A stretch of DNA of 56,960 nucleotides, from the IMG/VR virus record IMGVR_UViG_3300008223_000001, positions 1 to 56,960 of that record. The stretch is one strand, 5' to 3'. A program made the position numbers and the translations under genes. Each line of letters starts with the position of its first letter. The stretch's first letter is position 1. This DNA is from a virus. Shown in pieces: positions 16,193 through 23,688 of this stretch. The notes under the pieces are model-generated. The model ran no database searches and was not told the origin of the DNA. It saw nothing but the letters and a program-made list of their open reading frames with translations.

Positions 16193-16559
16193 AAAAATTA
16201 AAGGCGTGAATGATATTAATTTTCACATGAATGAAAATTTCTACAGAGCGAACGGCCGGCGCTACCAAGTTAAAAATTTGATTGAGTGCTCGAAAGATCT
16301 ACCCGTGATTACCATCCCAATACAAGCGATCTACTTAGGGGCAAGCCCGTGGGGGCTAAAGAATTTTAAAAGCTTCATTCATCATTTAACGCGAGTAATT
16401 GAGTGCGACTTGGAGTATCCAATTTTATTAGATGACGAAGGGTATATCGCCGACGGGTGGCACCGCCTTGCTAAAGCGATCATGGATGGGAACGAAACGA
16501 TTGAAGCACGCCGCATTACTGTGATGCCCGAAGGGATGGCCGATGACGATACTGAGTGA
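16158..16559 (+). CDS. ParB-like nuclease (sulfiredoxin-fold) domain protein
   Basis: PILLDDEGYIADGWHRLAKAIMDG (the DGxHR motif). Confidence 0.55.
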   Translation: MTNAQDELATPKKIKGVNDINFHMNENFYRANGRRYQVKNLIECSKDLPVITIPIQAIYLGASPWGLKNFKSFIHHLTRVIECDLEYPILLDDEGYIADGWHRLAKAIMDGNETIEARRITVMPEGMADDDTE

Positions 16560-17292
16560 ATTGCTTGAAGCAGGACAACATCTTGATGATGCGGGGGCAA
16601 GAAAACTCGCCACTAAATTGAGTGAAGAGGGAGAAAAAATTCTCGCGGATAAGGATAAAAGCAAACTTAAAAAGCGACACGAACTGATTATGAATTTAAG
16701 CGCCTTTCAAGCTGGAATGGCTTGTGACGAATTAAATGAAAAGAGCAGAAGATCAAAGTTTTTTCCAAAATTAGCAACGATAGATATGAGGGAAAGCATG
16801 AATAAAGCACGATTACAGTCAAAGTTAAATAACATTACAAGTACTGAAAATAAGGTTTACAACGTAGTTTCATATAGCACTCCTATGACTGTCAACGACA
16901 TAACATCTGATTTAAGCGATAAAGGCGTGGTTCTTCAAAAGCCCAACCTGATAAGAGCGATCAATTGTTTAATCGATGCGGGTTTAATAAAGAAAGCAGG
17001 GCATTTTAAATTTTTGAAAACGGATGAAGAACCAATGAACGAAACTAAAACTAAACCTAAAAAAGCAGCGAATATCAATTCTAAGCCAACACTCAATCCA
17101 GCGCCGGTAAGTTCCACTAAATTAGAGTGCGATCCAATTCTTGAGCTTATGATATTAGGCGAAGCTTTGATGAAGATGGCTGAACAGGTTGAAGTTATCT
17201 CAAGAACCGTTATTGCCTCACTTAATACAAACGACGAAAAACAGCAAAAGCTCGAAAACCTAGCAACGGCCTTAAAAGAATTGTCAGTTTAA
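16543..17292 (+). CDS. Hypothetical protein with a MarR-like winged helix
   Basis: NKVYNVVSYSTPMTVNDITSDLSDKGVVLQKPNLIRAINCLIDAGLIKK. Confidence 0.45.
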   Translation: MTILSELLEAGQHLDDAGARKLATKLSEEGEKILADKDKSKLKKRHELIMNLSAFQAGMACDELNEKSRRSKFFPKLATIDMRESMNKARLQSKLNNITSTENKVYNVVSYSTPMTVNDITSDLSDKGVVLQKPNLIRAINCLIDAGLIKKAGHFKFLKTDEEPMNETKTKPKKAANINSKPTLNPAPVSSTKLECDPILELMILGEALMKMAEQVEVISRTVIASLNTNDEKQQKLENLATALKELSV

Positions 17293-17322
17293 CCAGGCGC
17301 AATTAAAAACCAAGAGGATTGA

Positions 17323-17553
17323 ATGATGAGTGAAGGGATAGATTTAACAAGACTCGGTGCGCCAGAGCACGCCAGAGCAATCGATAGTTTTAAAGATCAA
17401 TTGTTGATCGCGTTAGTTCGTCGTCAAGCGGACAGCAAAGGCGAATTAACCATTTCGGCAGTTGAGGTCGATACCACCGAGCATGTGATGTTGAAGATGG
17501 AAGCCAACCCCAAGTTGGGTGAATTCAAATTTATAATTGAACATAAGCATTAA
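17323..17553 (+). CDS. Hypothetical protein
   Basis: 76-aa ORF preceded by aagagga. Confidence 0.5.
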   Translation: MMSEGIDLTRLGAPEHARAIDSFKDQLLIALVRRQADSKGELTISAVEVDTTEHVMLKMEANPKLGEFKFIIEHKH

Positions 17554-17564
17554 GGATTTTTTTT

Positions 17565-17978
17565 ATGATACTACATTTATTTTCTGCTATAGCGTTCGTT
17601 GAAGCAGCGCTTGAAGCGGCTGAAACCGGCTTTGTTCGTTGTGAAAATTGTGACTCCCAAGAAGACACAAAAGATTTGGATTTCATTGGCAACATTAAGG
17701 CGGCAAAAGACCAACTGCTTCACGCCACGCTCAGTTTAAACAGTACTGGCCGTTATTTCATATTTCATTTTGCTTCAGGCCTAGCACGCGGCAATCATTT
17801 GATTTGGACGGAAGGCGGCAGATTTCCCACTACAAATTTCATTTTAGACGTAATAGCGAAGGAAAGCGGCCTTAAAACGGATGAAATAGTCATCACGGGA
17901 TGGACGGAGTTTAAAAGCGAGCAAGATTTTAATGACTATAGATCGGCAAGCAATCACCAAGAGATTGAGCAAGGTTGA
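17565..17978 (+). CDS. Hypothetical protein
   Basis: 137-aa ORF. Confidence 0.5.
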   Translation: MILHLFSAIAFVEAALEAAETGFVRCENCDSQEDTKDLDFIGNIKAAKDQLLHATLSLNSTGRYFIFHFASGLARGNHLIWTEGGRFPTTNFILDVIAKESGLKTDEIVITGWTEFKSEQDFNDYRSASNHQEIEQG

Positions 17979-18235
17979 TCTATCAAGATTATGCCAATTT
18001 GATTTTAGATGAACATGAGATCAACACACGGCGAAAAATATTAACCGCCCTTGAACAAAGTAAAGGGCTTATTTTTCGCAATACCGTACAGAACCTTGTT
18101 TGGATTCAATATCTAGCAGGGAAAGACTTTAGGATGACAGGGTGGAGGAACCAGCACATTCAAGATATTAAAAAAGGTTTGTTATGTCAGAAGACATTCA
18201 AGAAGCTCCTTATGAATCCGCTTACGCTTGCTTAA
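17975..18235 (+). CDS. Hypothetical protein (TTG start)
   Basis: 86-aa ORF. It overlaps the next gene by 52 nt, so it is weak. Confidence 0.3.
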   Translation: MIYQDYANLILDEHEINTRRKILTALEQSKGLIFRNTVQNLVWIQYLAGKDFRMTGWRNQHIQDIKKGLLCQKTFKKLLMNPLTLA

Positions 18236-18705
18236 GTCGTATTATTCCCCCACCTGAAGGGCGCGCTAAGTCCGTAAACCTACAATGCCAGCAAGGCATG
18301 ACACAAAATCCAGATGCCGTCACGTATTTGGATCGCGTGGCGCAAGATGCGATAGCATTACGCGTGGTAGAAGCGTACATTGCTAGTCATGATCCCGCTT
18401 GGCTTTATTTGTATGGCCATTTCGGTGACCTCAATCAAAAGAAATTAGCCGTGACTTATCTCGCTAAGCGAATCATGCCAGCCCTTGAAACAGAGATAGA
18501 CAAGGGCTTTGTTGAGGATATCGTGAAAAAATGGGCGGATGTGAGCGGCTATGCAACCATTGAGCAATGGACGACGAAACTAGAAAAGTCACAACCGACC
18601 CTTTACCGTTGGCAAAAAAAGGTCCGAAGACACTTGCTGGAAGGCTTTTGTCGCGCGGTCGATGAAGCCGAAACAATTTTGCATCAGAGGAATTTCATAA
18701 AATAA
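18184..18705 (+). CDS. Hypothetical protein; possible late regulator with a C-terminal HTH
   Basis: 173 aa. C-terminal segment SQPTLYRWQKKVRRHLLEGF. It is the last gene of the early-right block. The call rests on position only. Confidence 0.3.
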   Translation: MSEDIQEAPYESAYACLSRIIPPPEGRAKSVNLQCQQGMTQNPDAVTYLDRVAQDAIALRVVEAYIASHDPAWLYLYGHFGDLNQKKLAVTYLAKRIMPALETEIDKGFVEDIVKKWADVSGYATIEQWTTKLEKSQPTLYRWQKKVRRHLLEGFCRAVDEAETILHQRNFIK

Positions 18706-18769
18706 CGTTTGGTTATTAGATTCGATTTGCTTAGAATCAAATTAGGATTAATACTCACGAGGAATTGGA

Positions 18770-19225
18770 ATGAAATCGGCACGAACAAAAAGAAAAATAC
18801 TACTGATTGATGATAATAATGATGATTGTCTGTTGTTTGAGCGCGCGCTTAATTATGCAGAAACCGAAAACAGCGTTTCAATGATCGCAACCCGAAACGT
18901 CACGGAGGCCCACAACGAGATCAATAGCGACTCACGCTTACCGGATGTTATTTTTATCGATTACAATTTACGCGACCTAGATGATCCACTGGCGTGCCTG
19001 CATTTCATCGTAGAAATGAAATCAAACGACTGGACGAACTGGATTCCCATTGTGGTTTTCACCGATCAATTGAATCCCGACGATACAATCATCGAGGTGA
19101 TGCGAGGCGGGGCCAGTAGTTTCGTCTCTAAAAACAGCGATAGCCGTGAAGTCTTTTATATTGATATCATTTCGGCAGTGAATTACTGGGTTGATTTTAA
19201 TCTCACCCCGCACAATGGCTTATAA
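18770..19225 (+). CDS. Stand-alone response-regulator receiver (CheY/Rcp1-like) protein
   Basis: KILLIDDNNDD (acidic pocket), PDVIFIDYNLRD (phospho-acceptor Asp), IPIVVFTDQ (Thr), SSFVSKN (Lys), and the C-terminal YWVDFNLTP tail typical of single-domain receivers. Confidence 0.8.
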   Translation: MKSARTKRKILLIDDNNDDCLLFERALNYAETENSVSMIATRNVTEAHNEINSDSRLPDVIFIDYNLRDLDDPLACLHFIVEMKSNDWTNWIPIVVFTDQLNPDDTIIEVMRGGASSFVSKNSDSREVFYIDIISAVNYWVDFNLTPHNGL

Positions 19226-19231
19226 GCACCG

Positions 19232-19690
19232 CTAAGGCAGGTCGTCCAAACCTTTAATGTTTGATCGATTACGGGTTATTTTATTGATTTTATGTTCACC
19301 GGTTGTGAATTGTAATAGTGTGTTGATCGCCTCGATGACGTCATTATCTGCATTTTGTAGCCGCTCAATGAGGGCATTAAAATTGGAGTCAGAGCTATTA
19401 CGATGATAAAACGCATCAATTCGAGAGATATACCGCGCGTCCTGCTCGCTCTCATTTGTACCGGTGGTTAAATAATGAAAGTTCATTTTTAAGGCGAGAC
19501 ACAATCTTAGAATGTAATTGATATCATTCGGCATTCCCGTTGACGCGTGATTCTCCCAACGTGTATACGTATTGCGGCTCACGCCAACTAGCATTGCAAG
19601 ATCGGTTTTGGATAGTTTTTTATCCACCCGCGCGCGCTTGAGGCGCTGAGAAAACTCAAATTTTTCAACAGAACGTTCACATAAACGCAT
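19232..19690 (-). CDS. XRE-family transcription factor
   Basis: FSQRLKRARVDKKLSKTDLAMLVGVSRNTYTRWEN. ATG 19690 is preferred, because the track's N-terminal extension looks non-coding. It is convergent with the receiver gene, 6 bp away. Confidence 0.75.
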   Translation of the reverse strand: MRLCERSVEKFEFSQRLKRARVDKKLSKTDLAMLVGVSRNTYTRWENHASTGMPNDINYILRLCLALKMNFHYLTTGTNESEQDARYISRIDAFYHRNSSDSNFNALIERLQNADNDVIEAINTLLQFTTGEHKINKITRNRSNIKGLDDLP

Positions 19691-19865
19691 AAAAACCCAG
19701 TTACTAAAACAAATAAAACATAAAAAATGACACACCAATGGTGCATAATAGCACAAAACCGTGTTTTTGCTCTGTTGGCGATACAATCCTCGTTTGGCCT
19801 TGAAAAATAAAACAGTTATGTTTGATGGTTAAATATAACAACCAGAGATTCAAAGAGAATAAATC
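19691..19865. promoter_or_regulatory. Divergent control region between the XRE gene and the small ORF
   Basis: 175 bp, AT-rich, with an imperfect palindrome agcacaaaaccgtgtttttgct (19750-19771). Confidence 0.4.
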
Positions 19866-20066
19866 ATGTGCAGTATCCAAGAAAAAATTAACCAAATGAT
19901 TGAAAGTGCTGAAGGCTCAGCAGTCGTTTCGGTAATTTCTACACTCGATATCATGACGCAACTCAGCAAAGAAGGGCGAGACTATATAACGGCGATCGCA
20001 AAAGACCGCTTGAAGTGTGAGCTAATGCTGCTCTCAAGTGAGACAGACACCTGCAAGCTGCCCTAA
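19866..20066 (+). CDS. Small ORF (66 aa) divergent from the XRE gene
   Basis: MCSIQEKINQMIESAEGS... has protein-like composition. No family recognised. Confidence 0.45.
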   Translation: MCSIQEKINQMIESAEGSAVVSVISTLDIMTQLSKEGRDYITAIAKDRLKCELMLLSSETDTCKLP

Positions 20067-20221
20067 AAATACAATTTATTTTAACAAATAGCTCTTTTGG
20101 TGTTGATAGCTCTGATAGAGTTATGTAAGATTCGTCTATCTTGAAGCGTAGTGGTTTTGAGTGAAGTGGTTTCATATTATTCCTAGTAGTAAATTTCAGA
20201 TTACCAGTGTTACTTTTTCAG

Positions 20222-20253
20222 CCCGTCATTTTCTCAAGTGACGGGTTTTTTTT
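20222..20253 (+). terminator. Rho-independent terminator
   Basis: cccgtca-ttttctcaag-tgacggg followed by T8. Confidence 0.8.
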
Positions 20254-20273
20254 GGTTAAAATTTGGCCCCCTC

Positions 20274-20627
20274 ATGAGCGAAAAACTGTCATTTAAACAC
20301 GAAATTGCAACGGGCCACCTCGTTCAAATCACCACGATCATTGTCTCCGTCGTCAGTTTGTATTTTGGCCTGATCTACGAAATTGAAGTCAACGGCCACG
20401 AAATTGCGAACAACACTAAAGAGATTGCGCGACACGAAGCTGTATTAGACCGACACGAAAGCCGCTTTGTTTTAGCAGATAAAGTTTCGCAACGACGCAT
20501 CGCGGAATCAGAGGCCAGAATTACGGAACAACTGACACAACAACTACAACCGATCAATAAATCATTAGACAAAGTAAATGATGATCTTTCTTGGCTGGTT
20601 CGTCGGGAGGCTGATAAAAAAAAATGA
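20274..20627 (+). CDS. Lysis-cassette membrane protein (holin or i-spanin-like): one TM helix plus a coiled coil
   Basis: LVQITTIIVSVVSLYFGLIY, then a long charged helix. It has an ATGA overlap with the endolysin gene. The track start at 20238 lies inside the terminator, so ATG 20274 is used. Confidence 0.45.
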   Translation: MSEKLSFKHEIATGHLVQITTIIVSVVSLYFGLIYEIEVNGHEIANNTKEIARHEAVLDRHESRFVLADKVSQRRIAESEARITEQLTQQLQPINKSLDKVNDDLSWLVRREADKKK

Positions 20628-21163
20628 TCAACCCTAAACATTTAGTTCAACACGTTATTCGTCCCACACTGTTAAATATGGGGATGTGGAGTCAGTCGGC
20701 GGAGTGCTTGTTAATCGGCACCGTGGCCGTTGAGTCTGCAATGGGAACGAGCTTGGTTCAAAATCGTGGCCCAGCCGTAGGGATTTATCAGATTGAACCC
20801 AAAACCGCCCAAGACTTATTACGTCGATATCTAAGCAATCGACCCACGATAGACTATCGATTCCAAAATGGCTTTGTGACATTTGAAAGCCCACCGATCC
20901 ATTGGGATAAAGTCACGAACGACGAAATATCACAGCGCTTGATTGTAGATTTGAGTTTTTCAACGGCGCTCGCTCGAATCAAATATTGGAGTATCCCTTT
21001 TCCGCTACCTGATCACAAAGATATTGAGGGTTTAGCGAATTACTGGAAGCAGCATTACAACACCCGCAAAGGCAAAGGCAAAGTGACAGACTTTATCGAT
21101 GCTTACCCAAAGAGGCTTAAACCTTATGATCGCTCCGCGACAGGATTCACCGCTCGCAGTTAA
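20624..21163 (+). CDS. Endolysin, lytic-transglycosylase (SLT)-like
   Basis: LLIGTVAVESAMGTSLVQNRGPAVGIYQIEPKTAQDL (catalytic E-S followed by G-x-x-Q-I). Confidence 0.6.
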   Translation: MINPKHLVQHVIRPTLLNMGMWSQSAECLLIGTVAVESAMGTSLVQNRGPAVGIYQIEPKTAQDLLRRYLSNRPTIDYRFQNGFVTFESPPIHWDKVTNDEISQRLIVDLSFSTALARIKYWSIPFPLPDHKDIEGLANYWKQHYNTRKGKGKVTDFIDAYPKRLKPYDRSATGFTARS

Positions 21164-21521
21164 AACCGTTTTCCCCCGTACACTCAAAACACAACACCTT
21201 TTCTTTAAACGAAAAATCCAACTAATGGAACCTTTTGTCGTTCAGTCTGAAACCATCGGCCGATTTATTGTGCCGCTTGGTTTTATATCGGATGGCGCGA
21301 GCGTGCCTCGCTGGTTTTGGTCAATATTCCCACCCTTTGGGAAATATTTAGAAGCGGCCGTCGCGCATGATTACATCTATGCCGAGGCTTATCACAAATT
21401 CACAAAAGAGCAAGCCGACACCTTGTTTCTTGAACTTTTGAAACTCTTAGACATTGGTTTCATCAAGCGTAATACCATGTATACCGCTGTGAAGTTCGGA
21501 GGCACTGGCGGCTGGGATTAA
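21126..21521 (+). CDS. DUF1353-family protein
   Basis: GFISDGASVPRWFWSIFPPFGKYLEAAVAHDYIY. The start is uncertain: 21099, 21126 or 21225. Confidence 0.6.
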   Translation: MIAPRQDSPLAVKTVFPRTLKTQHLFFKRKIQLMEPFVVQSETIGRFIVPLGFISDGASVPRWFWSIFPPFGKYLEAAVAHDYIYAEAYHKFTKEQADTLFLELLKLLDIGFIKRNTMYTAVKFGGTGGWD

Positions 21522-21525
21522 ACCT

Positions 21526-22100
21526 ATGGCTAGAAAGAAACCGAAAAAAAAGCCAGCAAAAAAGAGATCGATTGGCTTTCAGTTGAGGCGGCATTTTGCG
21601 CTGGCGTCGATAGTATCTTGGCGATTTCAAAGAAATATGGGTGCGCCGAAGGCACCATTCGTAGGCGTGCCAAAATTGGCCATTGGGAGCGAGACCCTGA
21701 AGGCGTCAAACGTACGCTAGTCAAGACTTCGCTGGCAACGACGATTGAAGTAAAACCCGAAACTACGCATGAAACTACGCACGAAACTACGAATTCAAAA
21801 GCTACGAATGAAAACGTAGAAACCGCACCCATTATACGCAACGCAACCATCGAAGAGGCCGCCCAGCAAGACATTGCGGACATGAACCTTGCGTTATCGA
21901 ATGCGCGTAGAGGGCTCAAAATAGTGAACATTCTACTCAAAGAAACGCCTGATGATTATCGGGATGCCAAAGGATTGCTAGAAGCGAACAAAGTCGGCTA
22001 TGAATCTATTCGCCGATTGCGTGGTTTGGATGAAGTGAAAACGGGTGTTTCGTTTGATGAAGAGATCCTTGGCATAGGAGAAGATATTGCTCTCGACTAG
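21526..22100 (+). CDS. Terminase small subunit; reading it from its only ATG requires a -1 shift at 21544-21552
   Basis: ATG 21526 is in frame 1 (MARKKPKKK). The terminase-small-like HTH EIDWLSVEAAFCAGVDSILAISKKYGCAEGTIRRRAKIGHWER is in frame 0. Frame 0 has no ATG, GTG or TTG between its upstream stop (21531) and TTG 21618. Confidence 0.6.
21544..21552 (+). other. A8-G tract forming the A_AAA_AAG slippery heptamer
   Basis: ccg aaa aaa aag cca in the ATG frame. This heptamer is identical to the classical dnaX -1 frameshift site. Confidence 0.6.
21759..21794 (+). repeat. 12-bp tandem repeat x3 inside terS (encodes ETTHETTHETTN)
   Basis: gaaactacgcat gaaactacgcac gaaactacgaat. Confidence 0.85.
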
Positions 22101-23688
22101 AGCCCGACTGATTATTAGAAAACTCCGCTTATGCTTTTTAATCTTCTCGGTGAAATGCCTGAAGATCAAAACCAAAAAAGGCCAGATTCATCCCTTCAAG
22201 TTAAACAAAGCACAGATTTATTTACACGAACAGATTGAAGAACAGCGCCGGCGCACCGGTAAAGTTAGGAAAGTTATTTTAAAAGGTCGGCAGCAGGGGA
22301 TTAGCACTTATGCACAAGGCCGGTTCTACTGGAAAGTGACCTTTAATGGCGGGGTCAGTGCATTCATTTTGACGCATGAAGCCGAAGCCACCAAAAACCT
22401 ATTTGGTATGACGCAACGCTATTACGAGTTATGCCCCGCGTCACTTAAACCCTCACTCGATGAAGACTCTGCCAAGTCAATGGTGTTCGATAAACTGGAC
22501 TCCGGTTATCGCGTCGGCACAGCAGGAAACAAGGCCGTCGGCCGCTCGATGACCATCACCCATCTTCATGGTTCAGAGGTCGCTTTTTGGCCAAATGCGG
22601 CCGACCATTTAGCCGGCATCTTGCAAGCTGTCCCCCAAGAAGATGGCACCGAAGTGCTGCTTGAGTCCACTGCCAACGGGGAAGGTGGGGTCTTTTATGA
22701 TTACTGCATGGATGCGAAGAATGGCATTGGTGAATTTGAATTAGTGTTCATCCCCTGGTTCTGGCAAGACGACTATCGCTCACCGGTGCCGATTGGTTTT
22801 AAACCTTCTGCAGAAGAGTTAAAGCTAGAAGCTGTTTACGATCTTGATCGCCAACAATTGGCGTGGCGACGTAAAAAGATTGCGGAATTAAAAAGCGTCG
22901 ATCTATTCAAGCAGGAATACCCGAACAACGTTGAAGAGGCGTTTTTATTCTCCGGACGTCCGGTCTTTGATCCCAACAATACCACCGCCGCCATTGAAGA
23001 ATGTTTTGAGCCGATCCGTCGCGCTGAAGTGATGACATCAACTGGCGTGGTCATGGATCGTAAAGACGGCCGCCTACGCATTTGGAAAGAACCGAAAATT
23101 GGCGATCGTTATGTGATGGGGGCCGATGTTGCTGAAGGTTTGGCCCACGGTGACTTTTCGTGTTGCGACGTACTCGATACTAACGGCAATCAAGTCGCCC
23201 AATGGCACGGCCATATTGATCCTGAAAACTTTGGCAAGATGCTTTGTCAGTTGGGTAATTTCTACAACAACGCCTTTATTGGCGTTGAGCGCAACAACCA
23301 TGGTCTCACCACCTTAACGGCCATGAAGAACCTGAAATATCCAAAGCTCTACGTTCAAGAAGATAACGAGCGGCGCAATGATGGCACGCAGACCAAAAAG
23401 CTAGGTTGGCTTACAACCAGCAAATCAAAGTTCTTAATTATTGATCAACTCGCCACTGAATTTATTGATGAGGATACCGGCATTGTTTGCCGCGAAACCA
23501 TTGATGAATGTCGTACTTATGCGATTGAAGACAACGGCTCATATAACGCTAAACCAAAATGTTTTGATGATCGTGTCATGTCGATGGCCATCGCCAAAGA
23601 AATGTTACGTAAACGACCCAAAGGGGGCTCCGGTATGCCAGCTAGTAATATTCAGAAACCGAACGTAGTTGGAAGAGGAGGCTATTAG
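22087..23688 (+). CDS. Terminase large subunit
   Basis: PFKLNKAQIYLHE. Walker-A-like VILKGRQQGISTY. LHGSEVAFW. C-terminal nuclease-like region. The TTG start overlaps the end of terS. Confidence 0.8.
   Translation: MLSTRARLIIRKLRLCFLIFSVKCLKIKTKKGQIHPFKLNKAQIYLHEQIEEQRRRTGKVRKVILKGRQQGISTYAQGRFYWKVTFNGGVSAFILTHEAEATKNLFGMTQRYYELCPASLKPSLDEDSAKSMVFDKLDSGYRVGTAGNKAVGRSMTITHLHGSEVAFWPNAADHLAGILQAVPQEDGTEVLLESTANGEGGVFYDYCMDAKNGIGEFELVFIPWFWQDDYRSPVPIGFKPSAEELKLEAVYDLDRQQLAWRRKKIAELKSVDLFKQEYPNNVEEAFLFSGRPVFDPNNTTAAIEECFEPIRRAEVMTSTGVVMDRKDGRLRIWKEPKIGDRYVMGADVAEGLAHGDFSCCDVLDTNGNQVAQWHGHIDPENFGKMLCQLGNFYNNAFIGVERNNHGLTTLTAMKNLKYPKLYVQEDNERRNDGTQTKKLGWLTTSKSKFLIIDQLATEFIDEDTGIVCRETIDECRTYAIEDNGSYNAKPKCFDDRVMSMAIAKEMLRKRPKGGSGMPASNIQKPNVVGRGGY

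Noticed and set aside
19963-20175. 70-aa minus-strand ORF with a good Shine-Dalgarno, antisense to the 66-aa small ORF.
   Set aside because: It is not called as a feature because its overlapped half has shadow-like composition (Leu/Ser/Arg/Ala). It is kept as an open ambiguity in the finding on 20067-20253.
21526-21720. 64-aa ORF as an independent gene upstream of the small terminase.
   Set aside because: Only its first nine codons look meaningful. The rest is implausible sequence overlapping the terminase-small HTH frame. It is better read as the initiation segment of terS, joined by a -1 shift or an A-tract miscall.
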